From contig DASWHL010000137.1 of assembly GCA_036398175.1 (NCBI GenBank), positions 8,295-72,294 on the forward strand: a DNA stretch of 64,000 nt. Reading direction: 5' to 3'. Source of the stretch: Gemmatimonadales bacterium. Its GTDB lineage: Bacteria; Gemmatimonadota; Gemmatimonadetes; Gemmatimonadales; GWC2-71-9. Made by a program: the position numbers and the translations under genes. The notes beneath the pieces are model-generated. The model had not been told where the DNA came from. It saw only the letters and a list, made by a program, of their open reading frames with translations, and did no database searches. Positions 48,103 to 57,315 of this stretch are shown here, piece by piece; the first letter of the stretch is position 1, and each line of letters starts with the position of its first letter.

Positions 48103-49140
48103 TTGACAGGTCCGGAACCTGACGGTATGTTCGAACGCCGCCCACCACCGGTTTCGGGCGCGCGCCGTGCCCGGGTGTCACTACAGCTCAACAACGGCGA
48201 GGTCGTCGTGGCGCCAAAACGACGCTGGACCATCCTTCTGGTGCCGCCAGGCGCGGGGGCGTCGCGCAGCGTGGACGTGCCGGCGCGCGCGTTCGGATGG
48301 ACGGTGGGCGTGGGCAGCGTGCTGGCGGTGGGCCTCCTGATCTTCGCCGGCATCACGACAACCAAGTCCATCAACCTGACCCGGCTCGATCGTCTCGAGC
48401 GCACCAACGCGCTCCTCGGACAGGAGCTCGACATCGCACGCGGGCAGCTCGCGCAGTTCCAGGACACCATCGCCGCCATCTCGCGGCGGGACCGCCAGGT
48501 CCGGCTCCTCGCCGGCCTCGAGCCACTCGACGCCGACGTGCAGCTCGCGGGCATCGGTGGACCGGTGGGCGACTGGTCGGAGCGGGAGCAGCTGCTCGCC
48601 GAGGGAGAAGTGGGCCGGGCGGCCCTCGACCTCCGCCTCGATCTCGACGGCCTGATCCGGCGCGCGAGCCTCGTGGCGGGCTCCTTCACGGAAGCGGCCG
48701 AGAGCCTCACCTCCCATAACGACCGCCTGTCGCGCACGCCGTCCATCATGCCCACGGCCGGGTACCTCTCGAGCCGGTTCGCCCACGCCCGCCTGCACCC
48801 CATCTTCCACGAGGAGCGGCCGCATCCGGGCATTGACATCTCGGCGCCCATGGGCACGCCCATCCTCGCCTCGGCCGGCGGGACCGTCATCCAGGTCGGC
48901 ACCGGCACCGGCTACGGCATGATGGTCACCATCGAGCACGGCTACGGCCTGGTGACCCGCTACGCGCACCTTTCGAAGGCGCTCGTGCGCGTGGGCCAGC
49001 GCATCCAGCGCGGCACCGAGATCGCCCTCGTGGGGAACACGGGAATCGTGACGGCCCCGCACCTCCACTACGAAGTGATCGTAAACGGGAAGCAGCAGGA
49101 TCCCCTCAAGTACGTGTTCCCCGAGACGATCGTGGATTGA
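48103..49140 (+). CDS. M23 family metallopeptidase with coiled-coil N-terminal region
   Basis: TTG 48103 lies 10 nt after AGGAGG (ATG 48127 is an alternative). HPGIDISAPMGTPILASAGG and NTGIVTAPHLHYEV. Confidence 0.85.
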   Translation: MTGPEPDGMFERRPPPVSGARRARVSLQLNNGEVVVAPKRRWTILLVPPGAGASRSVDVPARAFGWTVGVGSVLAVGLLIFAGITTTKSINLTRLDRLERTNALLGQELDIARGQLAQFQDTIAAISRRDRQVRLLAGLEPLDADVQLAGIGGPVGDWSEREQLLAEGEVGRAALDLRLDLDGLIRRASLVAGSFTEAAESLTSHNDRLSRTPSIMPTAGYLSSRFAHARLHPIFHEERPHPGIDISAPMGTPILASAGGTVIQVGTGTGYGMMVTIEHGYGLVTRYAHLSKALVRVGQRIQRGTEIALVGNTGIVTAPHLHYEVIVNGKQQDPLKYVFPETIVD

Positions 49141-49919
49141 GGCAGACCGGCCCCTCTCTGAAAACCAGCCGACCCCTGTGCCCGGCGCTCATGCTCGCGG
49201 GGGCGCTTGGCGCGTGTACGGACGCCCCGGTGCCCGTCCGGATCCGCGTGACGCTGGACGGCGCGCCCGTTCCCGGCGTCGAGGTCACGGCCTTCCCCTA
49301 CCATCCGTCCCGCCTGCTCGACTCGCTGGCCGCCGCCCACGACGTGCCCCGGCCCGCCTTCGACAGCCTGGAGCGCGTGCTGCTGGCCTTTACGATCGCC
49401 GCCCCCGCCCCGGAGGACACCGTGGACGGAAACCTCCGGGCCACGCGCGACAGTGTGGCGGCGCTCGCGGACTCCCTCCGGGCCGCCGACCGCCGGTCGC
49501 GCGGCTATCCGGAGGCCTATCGCCGCTTCCGCCAGCTCTACGGCAGGCTGGTGCAGCGGTCGGCCGCGCGCGACGCCGCGCGGCGCGGTGACCGGGACCC
49601 GCTTCGGGCCCTGGCGCTGCGCGTGGGCAGGGCGGCGGATTCGGTCCGCGCGTGGGAGCATGGGGCCTACGTGGCCTTCGATTCCGCGGCCGCCCTCGCG
49701 GAGGTTCGCGTGGGCCGGCCACCGGCCGCCGGTGTGACCGACGCGGAAGGCTGGGTGACGCTGGCGTTGGGCCCGGGAGCCTGGTGGCTCGACGCGCGCC
49801 GGGACCACCCGGAGAATCCCTTCGCCGAATACGTGTGGGAACAGGCCGTCGTGGCGGCCGGGCTCCCGTTCCGCGTCCCACTCTCGGAACACACGGCGCG
49901 CCTGACCTGGCGCCACTAG
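49137..49919 (+). CDS. putative lipoprotein
   Basis: TTG 49137 (TTGA overlap). Signal RQTGPSLKTSRPLCPALMLAGALGAC (lipobox). 260 aa, no further motif. Confidence 0.55.
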   Translation: MRQTGPSLKTSRPLCPALMLAGALGACTDAPVPVRIRVTLDGAPVPGVEVTAFPYHPSRLLDSLAAAHDVPRPAFDSLERVLLAFTIAAPAPEDTVDGNLRATRDSVAALADSLRAADRRSRGYPEAYRRFRQLYGRLVQRSAARDAARRGDRDPLRALALRVGRAADSVRAWEHGAYVAFDSAAALAEVRVGRPPAAGVTDAEGWVTLALGPGAWWLDARRDHPENPFAEYVWEQAVVAAGLPFRVPLSEHTARLTWRH

Positions 49920-49987
49920 GACATCGGCGCCCACCGCGACGCGGCGACGGCATTACGTCGTTGGTGAAGCGCGCGACCGAAACGCAA

Positions 49988-50022
49988 CAGTGCCCCGAGA
50001 ACCGCAGTCCCCGGGGCACTGT
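49988..50022. terminator. bidirectional terminator-like hairpin between convergent operons
   Basis: 11-bp stem ACAGTGCCCCG / CGGGGCACTGT with a 13-nt loop. It is the only strong structure in the 139-nt convergent gap 49920..50058. Confidence 0.6.
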
Positions 50023-50058
50023 CACCATTCGGCGGGCACGACCGGCCCGGCGTACGAC

Positions 50059-51150
50059 CTACCGATAGACGCCCACGCCCTTCCGAACCGCCTCGGGCAC
50101 CACGGCGCTCCACACCACGTTCGGACCGAAGCCCGTGGTGGCTTTCGGACTCAAGGTCACCACGAACGACGCGAACCCCCGGTACGCCGACGAATCCGCC
50201 GACGCCGTGAGCGCGAGCGTGCACGTCCCCGCCACGTCGGAACCCGACACGCAATTCCGGATCTGCGCCGGTACGACGGTCTGATCGCGACGCGGATCGA
50301 ACCCGATGAGCACGCGCGCGTCGTCAGTGTCCACGTCGGTCAGGTCCGCGCGCTCGGGATACGTGGTGCGCAACACGTCCACCATGGTCCCGGCGTCGTT
50401 GTCGTCCACAAGGTACCCCTGATACACGAAGCCCTCGGGCGGACGGCCGAGCCCCTGGAGCTCCACCGAGACTTCGTCCCCGCGGAACCCACCGACCAGC
50501 CGCGAGCTGACGATCGTGAACACGAAGTCGTCATCCGCGGCGGACGCGATCGTATCCGTGACCAGCGTCCCCTCACCGGCCGGGCCGCCGAAGTTGCCGA
50601 AGAACAAAGCGCCGGCCCCCTCAACCTCGAAGCGGCGCCACAGGAACTGCCCGGTCCCGCTGCCGTCGAGGCTCACCACGGCCGAGTTGAGGCCCGTGGC
50701 GCCCGTCGAGGCCATCCGCGCCACCACCGAGAACACGGCGGGATCGGTGGGTCCGGCATAGGTGTCCACGTTCGCGATCACCGTGGTGTCCTGAACCTGG
50801 ATCACCTCCTCGGTGACCGGGTCGGGCACCGGGACGCCGGCATCCAGCGAGTCACGCAGGAAAATCTCGAGCACGTTGCCGGTCAGCTTGACGTATCCCG
50901 TCGCGCTCGTGTCCGCGGCCCAGAACGTGTAGCCGCCGCTCGCCAGCGCCGCCAGGTTGCGAAGCGTGAATGCCACGGTGTCCGCGCCGACGGTCGCGAC
51001 GCTCCCTCCCGGAATCAGGCCGAGGGCCGCGAAGGCGCGGAAGTCATAGGAGGGTGGGCCGATCGGCGCCGTCACGTAGGCCCGGTCCTCCTGGCACGCC
51101 GCGAGACCGGCGAGCCCCGCGGCGATCAGCATGCTAGAGCGAATCCGCAT
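50059..51150 (-). CDS. putative lipoprotein (last gene of outer-membrane operon)
   Basis: Track ORF trimmed to ATG 51150: MRIRSSMLIAAGLAGLAACQED (lipobox). 363 aa, beta-rich, no motif recognised. Lies 1 nt after the upstream stop. Confidence 0.6.
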   Translation of the reverse strand: MRIRSSMLIAAGLAGLAACQEDRAYVTAPIGPPSYDFRAFAALGLIPGGSVATVGADTVAFTLRNLAALASGGYTFWAADTSATGYVKLTGNVLEIFLRDSLDAGVPVPDPVTEEVIQVQDTTVIANVDTYAGPTDPAVFSVVARMASTGATGLNSAVVSLDGSGTGQFLWRRFEVEGAGALFFGNFGGPAGEGTLVTDTIASAADDDFVFTIVSSRLVGGFRGDEVSVELQGLGRPPEGFVYQGYLVDDNDAGTMVDVLRTTYPERADLTDVDTDDARVLIGFDPRRDQTVVPAQIRNCVSGSDVAGTCTLALTASADSSAYRGFASFVVTLSPKATTGFGPNVVWSAVVPEAVRKGVGVYR

Positions 51151-51151
51151 C

Positions 51152-51880
51152 TCAGCGCCCTCCCGGCGTGAAGGTGAAGCCGAGCACGACCTGGATGTTG
51201 TGCGCGGTTCCGCTGAAGGGCTCCTGGGACGGGAGGACTTCGGGGAACCGAACCGGCTGGTTGAAGCTGCCGGAGGACACGGTCCAGTCATACGCGAGGG
51301 CCTGCACTTCCAGGTTCGCACGGTCGTAGCGCGTGAAGATGAAGTCGCGCGCCTCGAGCCGCACGGACGTCGCGGAGCCAGCCTGGAAATCGAACCCCGC
51401 GCCGGCACTGAATGCCCAGTTCGTGAAATGCGTGTTGCCCCTGGCCGCTTGCGGGTCGAGATACATCGTATAGGCACCCGCGCTGCCGCTGAAGAACGGC
51501 TGGAACCGATTCCCAAACCGGAACTCGGCCAGCAAGTGGTATTGGGCGACCGTCACCGGATACTGCACGCCGAAGATGAACGTCTCACCCTCGGGATTGA
51601 GGTCCGACGAGGATCCGCCAAACGACATCTCGACCGGGAAGTAGCTCGAGTCGGTCTGCGGGCGCGCGAAGTCCACCAGCAGTCCGATCCCGAGGTTCTT
51701 GGTGACAGAGTAGACCGCGTCCATCCCGAATCCCACCCCGGGCTTCAAACCGGTCGCGTCCTTGTACATCGTGTACCCGGCGCGCGGCCCGACGCGGAAG
51801 CTTCCAGAGCCGTCCTGCGCGACCGCGGGGCCCGCGGTCAGCGCCAGAGCGGCGGCTCCCAGCACCAGTTTACGCAGCAT
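51152..51880 (-). CDS. small outer-membrane beta-barrel protein
   Basis: ATG 51880: MLRKLVLGAAALALTAGPAVAQ signal. 242 aa with alternating aromatic/Gly beta-strand pattern (GFGMDAVYSV, GIGLLVDFA, WAFSAGAGFDF, VVLGFTFT). Confidence 0.65.
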   Translation of the reverse strand: MLRKLVLGAAALALTAGPAVAQDGSGSFRVGPRAGYTMYKDATGLKPGVGFGMDAVYSVTKNLGIGLLVDFARPQTDSSYFPVEMSFGGSSSDLNPEGETFIFGVQYPVTVAQYHLLAEFRFGNRFQPFFSGSAGAYTMYLDPQAARGNTHFTNWAFSAGAGFDFQAGSATSVRLEARDFIFTRYDRANLEVQALAYDWTVSSGSFNQPVRFPEVLPSQEPFSGTAHNIQVVLGFTFTPGGR

Positions 51881-51908
51881 CAGCCAATCTCCGATGCGTT
51901 CTGAGCCC

Positions 51909-51944
51909 GGGGGGTGGGGCGCCGAGGGTGGCACCCCACCCCCC
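51909..51944 (-). other. intercistronic GC hairpin between PorV-like and small-barrel genes
   Basis: 11-bp stem GGGGGGTGGGG / CCCCACCCCCC with a 14-nt loop, in the 73-nt gap. No U-tract. Confidence 0.5.
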
Positions 51945-51953
51945 CCGCTCTGG

Positions 51954-53060
51954 TCAGTTACCACCCAACTCGAACGAGAAGACCTGCACGTTCTGCAATT
52001 CGCCCATGCTGGTGTACGCGTAGTCGAAGCTCAACGCGCGCCCGAAGACCGGCAGGCGCAAACCGCCGCCGAACGCCATCCCGTGGCTGAAGCTGCGGAA
52101 GTCCTCGTCGCTGCGCTCGTTCACGAACTTCTTGCCCGCCCGGAGAAACACGAACTGCCGGACGTTCACTTCGAGCCCGACCATGGACTGGAGATCCGTG
52201 TCCACGGCATCGTTCAGATCCACCGCGAGCTTCATCCCGACGCTGCTGCCGGGAGAGAAGAGGGCGTCGGGCGCCCCCATCAGATCGCTCACCACCGAGA
52301 ACCGGAACGTCATCGGGAGCTGGTAGCTCTGGACGGCGTAGTTCACCGGCTGGGCAACCGGGAAGGCCTCGGGCGTCGTAACGCGCCGCTTGGTGAGCGC
52401 CCCGGTCATGGCCGCCGAGTTGCCGATGTTCTGGAGCGACGCCCCGATGGACAACCCGTACAGGCCCGTATTGAACATCGTACCGAAATCCACGGCCCAC
52501 CACGACGCCTGGGCGTCCGTGAGCCCCTCCTGGATGACCTTGCCGCTCGCGCCAACCATGAGGCGGTCGGTCAGGCGGCGGCCGTAGTGCAGACCGAGGA
52601 CGGTGCCCGTGTAGTCGAACACCGGGCCGAACGTCGGGCTGTCACCGGCCGGGAAGTCCTCGGAGGTCCGGAAGATGTCGCCGGACGAGAAGTTGATGTA
52701 GGACACGCCCAGCGCCCCGCCGAAGACCGGAATGGCCACGGCGGCGTAGGTGTGTTTGATGTCCAGGTCGGCGTACAGCGGCGAGTACGAGAACGCCACG
52801 ACGAGGCCGTCGGTGGAGCCGATGCCCGCCGGGTTCCAATACATCGCCGTCGCCCCGGACGCGAGGCCCGTGTAGGCCCCGGCGAGCGCCTGCGCGCGCG
52901 CCCCGACGCCGATCTCGAGGAAGTTGGCGCCGCGCGCCGCCACCCGCGTGGTACCCTCGTCCACCTGTGGAATGAGGAAACTACCCTGCGTCTGGGCGGA
53001 CAACCCGCCGCCGCAGAGGAGCGTCAACGCTACGATGGCCGTAATAGGTCGCATCTTCAT
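51954..53060 (-). CDS. PorV-like (PorV/UPF0164 family) outer-membrane beta-barrel
   Basis: 368 aa. Signal MKMRPITAIVALTLLCGGGLSAQ. GARAQALAGAYTGLASGATAMYWNPAGIG near the N-terminus, LSFDYAYTSMGEL..VFSFEL near the C-terminus. Confidence 0.75.
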   Translation of the reverse strand: MKMRPITAIVALTLLCGGGLSAQTQGSFLIPQVDEGTTRVAARGANFLEIGVGARAQALAGAYTGLASGATAMYWNPAGIGSTDGLVVAFSYSPLYADLDIKHTYAAVAIPVFGGALGVSYINFSSGDIFRTSEDFPAGDSPTFGPVFDYTGTVLGLHYGRRLTDRLMVGASGKVIQEGLTDAQASWWAVDFGTMFNTGLYGLSIGASLQNIGNSAAMTGALTKRRVTTPEAFPVAQPVNYAVQSYQLPMTFRFSVVSDLMGAPDALFSPGSSVGMKLAVDLNDAVDTDLQSMVGLEVNVRQFVFLRAGKKFVNERSDEDFRSFSHGMAFGGGLRLPVFGRALSFDYAYTSMGELQNVQVFSFELGGN

Positions 53061-53067
53061 GCCCCCC

Positions 53068-56000
53068 TTATCGCGACTGACCGCGGATGACGACGAACTT
53101 GCCGCGGGCCGTCACCGGTGCGCTGGTGGGGTCCGTCGGATTCGACGGGGCCGTTATGACCCAGATATAGAGGCCGCTGGCGATATCAATGTCCTCGCGC
53201 GACTTCAGGTTCCAGAACAGATCCCCCGTCCCGGTGAGGTCGTCCGCGGTCCACGAGATCTGCTGGACGAACTGGCCAGCGACCGTGTACACCCGGAGCG
53301 CACCCGTGGGAGGCACGTTGGTGAACAGCACCCGTGAATCGGCGATGGTCGTCTGATAGCTCGAAAACACGACGAACGGGTTCGGCACGACGCGCACGGC
53401 GGCGAGCGTGGAGTCCGTCACCTCCGTGATTTCCGTGCCCGCCACGGGGGCCGTCAGGTCGAACACCCAGCGGTCCGTCGGGCTGAAGCCGAGGTTGTAC
53501 TCGAACTGGACGCTGTCCCCGGCACTGGTCGCGAGCCAGCCCGACGAGCCCAGGATGTTGGGGCCGAGCGGATTGCAGAACGGCGGGTTCGGCTGGTTGC
53601 AGCCGATCGTGGCGCCCGTGAACGTTACCTGGGGGTTGGTCACCCTCAGGGGTTGCAACGAGCCGTCGAGCACGACGTTCGCGCCCTCCGTCGAGTCGCG
53701 GGTGACCGTTTCGATGAAGTACAGTAGATCACCGGGCACCCACTCGTCCGCGGGAATCCCGACGCGGAGCGTGTCCGCGTTCCGGCCGAGCCGGTAGGTG
53801 TTGGCGACGCTCGCACCCTGCGTCATCGTCCGCCGCACCATGGCGATGGACACGTCCCGCCCGAACGTCGTGTTGCGGATCGTGAACGGCGCCTTGACCG
53901 CGACCAGGTCCTGCTGGGTCACGACCCCGGCCGCCAGCCCGGCATCGCTGAGCAACGTTGCGGTGGCCGCGTCGGTCAAGCCCGTGGACGCCACCGGCCG
54001 CCCCTGGAGCGCGGCCGTCAGCTCGGCCTCGGAACTCGCCCCGAGCGACGAGAGGCCGCGCGGCAAGCCGAACGCGTCCCCAGCCCATGAGATCATGTAC
54101 TGACCGACCCCAAACGGGCCGCGGACGGAGTTCTGTTCACGCCACTGCGCCATGAACCGGTCCACGTTGCCGCGCGGGATCACGACCGCCGTGTCGGGCA
54201 GCCCCAGCAGTTGTCTCGTGGCGGCCCCTCGGTACGCCCGCTCCGTCGCCGAGTTGAAGGCCCCGGCGGTGGCATTGTTCGCCGCCACCGTGAAGCCCGG
54301 GAAATCCGCCAGCGCGAACACCCCGGTGGGCGTCGCGGCGTTCCCCGTGAGCGTGCGGCTCGCGAAAATCGGCGTCGAACCCGCCGCCACCACGAAGCCG
54401 AGTGCGTCGTACACGGTTTGCAGCCGGCGGAAGTTCCCCACCGTCGTGGCCGCTGAACTGCTGGCCGCTCCGGACACCGGGAACTCGTCCGCCCCGTCGC
54501 GGAACAACGTGTCGCGCCGCACCACGGTGGACGTCCCGCCCGGCGCCGCGTTCACGACGCGCGCCAGGATGACCCGCGTGCCGCACACCGTCCCCGCAGG
54601 GCCGCAGGCATCGTCCGCGATGATGCTGTCCCGCTCGACCGTGATCCGGTTGCCGAACGCGATCTGATAGTTGCCCGGCGTCGGGGCGTCGCTCACGCCC
54701 ACCGACAGCGGTACGGTCGCCTCCCCCAGAGCGGAGAACGAGATCTGCGCCGCCCGGTAGCCCGCGGCGCGGCTGGCCGGGATGTACACCGACAGCACGT
54801 TCGGGTCCGACGAAGACGAGCTGAGCGTGTTGCGGATGGTCGGCGCGAACGAGATGACCGTGGGCCGGTCGTCCTCGTCAATCACCTGAAACTCGGCGCC
54901 ACGGCTCTTGCCCACGACCGTGTAGACGTACGAGCGGCCGGGCGTGACCGTGTTGTCCGTGAACACGTTCGGCACGTCGCCGCTGTTGGCGTCCACGTCG
55001 AAGATGGCGTACGCCTGCCAGCCCAGACCGATGGATTGCCCGTTGACGTCCGTGACCGGATCCCCGACGCAGTTCCCGTCGCCGGTCCACGTGTTGCCCC
55101 CGTTGCACGACTTGTAGATCTCGATGGCCTCGAGGTTATCCGCGGCGCGCGCGGCCATCTCGTCGGCCAGGCCCGGGTTCTTGGCCCGCAGCGTCGCGAA
55201 GGACGGGCTCGTTCGGACGTCCTCCGAGAGCTTCAGGAGGAACTGGTCCACCCACCGCTCCGGCGCGTCGTCGAAGAAGAACGTGACCTCCGGATCCTCA
55301 CCCAGTTCCCCGATCGTCCCGGCCGTCACCTGCGTGGACGCGATCGTGACCGGCGGCGGGGCCTCGGGTGACAGGAAGAAGTTCATGTAGAGATCAATGG
55401 CGGCGTTGATGGACGCCCAGGTGCGGACCGAGTCGGCATCGCCCACGAACGCCACGAACCACGACGTCGAGTCCCCCGCCGCCAGCGGGAACGGCCCGGC
55501 CGCGAGGATCCCACCCACGTTGCCGTAGGCGTTTTTCTGCCCGCCGGGGAACGTATCCGCCGACGCCACGACGCACCCCTGATCCGCGCACGAGTCGTAG
55601 TACAGCGTGTCGGGGGTCCCGTCCTTGTTGTAGTCCCACGTCGCCGCCGGCGGTCCCTGCTCGCCCGGCACGTACTTGTTGAACTTGCCCCGCTCCGTCG
55701 GGAAACCCTTGTTGCGGAACGTGATGAACGCCTCCCCGGGCGTGAGCGCCGCGGGATCGCGCCCGTCCAGCACGTTGGCCTCGGTGGAGGAGATCATCCC
55801 GAACGAGCGCTTGTCGTTCACGTTGTGCGTGGTCGCCCAGCAGCTGCCGAAGCCGCACTGGTGCCCGTGATTGAACGTGATCGTGTCGCCCACCAGCGGA
55901 TGGCCCGTGTTGTAGAACGGCGACGCCGGGTTGGAGAAGTGCTTGTTGCGGAGGTCGCCGATCGGGCTCTTGAGCACGATGATGGCGTTCCCGCCGTTGT

Positions 56001-57246
56001 TCATCCCCATGCCCGCGCTGGCGGTGCACCCCGGAACCCCGGCCGGTTGCCGCGCGCCCTCCGAGCACGGCCCCCCCACCGTCACGTGGCTCTGGTGGTA
56101 CAGGGCCGTGGAGATCTCCGGCATGTAGTAATTGGAAAACGCCTGCCCACCACCAGGGCCCGCGCCGCCGGTCCCCGGCATGAAGCCGAGGTAGAGCGAG
56201 TCGTAGTCGAGCCCCACACCATAGACGTCCTCGGACCGGTTGATGACGGTCGCGCGGATGAACACGGTGCTCGCATACGTCGGGACGCCGAAGTTGAACG
56301 CCTCGAACCGCCAGACGAGTCCCATGGGCCAGCCGGTCACCGTTGGGTCTCCCGATCCACCCGGGATCACCGACCCGTACGAGCCCAGCACCTCGGTGAA
56401 GTGGTCGGAGGTCTCGCCGTACGTGCTGAAGTTGGTCCCCATGAAGGGACCGGCCCGTTTCAGGCTGTCCGGCACCTGCCAGAAGTCGAACCGGAACTCC
56501 GTGGGATCGGCATCGAAGAGGGCCTGGTACCCTTCGAGCGCGGTGGTCCGATCGCCACCCCAGACGGGCGCCGCCGGGGCCCCCGGCCACGTGTCGGGGC
56601 AGTTGCTGGAGGCCAGCAGCGGCGCGCCGGACGCAAAGTTCCCGAAGTTCCCGTTGCCGAAGCCCCGGTGGTCGCGGCAACTGCCGTCGGACACCGCCGT
56701 AACGCCGCTGAACAGCTTCGACAGCGTCCCGTCGCGTGGGCCCCACTCGTACCGGCCCGAGAACAGGCCGAAATTGCTCAGATAGGTGTACCCGCCGCCC
56801 CTGGCGTTGGCGAGGGACGGGACGGCTTTCCGCGCCCTGGCCCAATCCGAGGCCGGGGCACCCGCCGCGAACAGCACCTCGAAGAACTGGAACGTGATCG
56901 TACCGCCGCCGCGCGCCGCCCGCACGTTCCAGTAGCAGAACCCGGAGAGCGGGTTGTCGCACGGCGAGTAGTTGTCGAGCGCGTACCCCAAGTTGCCGGA
57001 CGCGTGCATGCCGGCGCCGGCGCCGTCGGCCCCGCCGAACAGACGGAATCCCCGCTCCCGCCGCGCCTGGGAAACATTGAAGTCTCCACCCGGCGCCCCG
57101 GCGGCGTCGAGGATCACGTCGCCGGTCAGGTCGCCCCGGCGCTGTGCCACCGCGTCGCCGAACGACAGGACGGAGAGCGCCCCGACGCCCAGCGCAAGCC
57201 CGGCCCGCCGGACGCGCTGCATCCACGATCGAATTCGCATAGTCAT
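53068..57246 (-). CDS. giant secreted protein (1392 aa) with T9SS type-A CTD / FlgD-Ig-like C-terminal domain
   Basis: ATG 57246 with AGGAG 6 nt upstream. Signal MTMRIRSWMQRVRRAGLALGVGALSVLSFGDAVAQ. 16 Cys arranged as 8 close pairs. One Asp-box-like SCNGGNTW. C-terminus VRVVPNPFVVFS..LRVYTVAGQFVQQI..ASGLYIWVITA..ARGKFVVIRGQSR. Confidence 0.8.
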   Translation of the reverse strand: MTMRIRSWMQRVRRAGLALGVGALSVLSFGDAVAQRRGDLTGDVILDAAGAPGGDFNVSQARRERGFRLFGGADGAGAGMHASGNLGYALDNYSPCDNPLSGFCYWNVRAARGGGTITFQFFEVLFAAGAPASDWARARKAVPSLANARGGGYTYLSNFGLFSGRYEWGPRDGTLSKLFSGVTAVSDGSCRDHRGFGNGNFGNFASGAPLLASSNCPDTWPGAPAAPVWGGDRTTALEGYQALFDADPTEFRFDFWQVPDSLKRAGPFMGTNFSTYGETSDHFTEVLGSYGSVIPGGSGDPTVTGWPMGLVWRFEAFNFGVPTYASTVFIRATVINRSEDVYGVGLDYDSLYLGFMPGTGGAGPGGGQAFSNYYMPEISTALYHQSHVTVGGPCSEGARQPAGVPGCTASAGMGMNNGGNAIIVLKSPIGDLRNKHFSNPASPFYNTGHPLVGDTITFNHGHQCGFGSCWATTHNVNDKRSFGMISSTEANVLDGRDPAALTPGEAFITFRNKGFPTERGKFNKYVPGEQGPPAATWDYNKDGTPDTLYYDSCADQGCVVASADTFPGGQKNAYGNVGGILAAGPFPLAAGDSTSWFVAFVGDADSVRTWASINAAIDLYMNFFLSPEAPPPVTIASTQVTAGTIGELGEDPEVTFFFDDAPERWVDQFLLKLSEDVRTSPSFATLRAKNPGLADEMAARAADNLEAIEIYKSCNGGNTWTGDGNCVGDPVTDVNGQSIGLGWQAYAIFDVDANSGDVPNVFTDNTVTPGRSYVYTVVGKSRGAEFQVIDEDDRPTVISFAPTIRNTLSSSSSDPNVLSVYIPASRAAGYRAAQISFSALGEATVPLSVGVSDAPTPGNYQIAFGNRITVERDSIIADDACGPAGTVCGTRVILARVVNAAPGGTSTVVRRDTLFRDGADEFPVSGAASSSAATTVGNFRRLQTVYDALGFVVAAGSTPIFASRTLTGNAATPTGVFALADFPGFTVAANNATAGAFNSATERAYRGAATRQLLGLPDTAVVIPRGNVDRFMAQWREQNSVRGPFGVGQYMISWAGDAFGLPRGLSSLGASSEAELTAALQGRPVASTGLTDAATATLLSDAGLAAGVVTQQDLVAVKAPFTIRNTTFGRDVSIAMVRRTMTQGASVANTYRLGRNADTLRVGIPADEWVPGDLLYFIETVTRDSTEGANVVLDGSLQPLRVTNPQVTFTGATIGCNQPNPPFCNPLGPNILGSSGWLATSAGDSVQFEYNLGFSPTDRWVFDLTAPVAGTEITEVTDSTLAAVRVVPNPFVVFSSYQTTIADSRVLFTNVPPTGALRVYTVAGQFVQQISWTADDLTGTGDLFWNLKSREDIDIASGLYIWVITAPSNPTDPTSAPVTARGKFVVIRGQSR

Positions 57247-57278
57247 GACTGCTCCTATGAATTCTCGGTCTGGGAGCG

Positions 57279-57302
57279 GGGGCGGCCCCACGCGGCCGCC
57301 CC
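57279..57302 (-). other. intercistronic GC hairpin between TonB-dependent barrel and giant cargo gene
   Basis: 9-bp stem GGGGCGGCC / GGCCGCCCC with a 6-nt loop, in the 69-nt gap. No U-tract. Confidence 0.5.
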
Positions 57303-57315
57303 TGCCCGTGACGTC

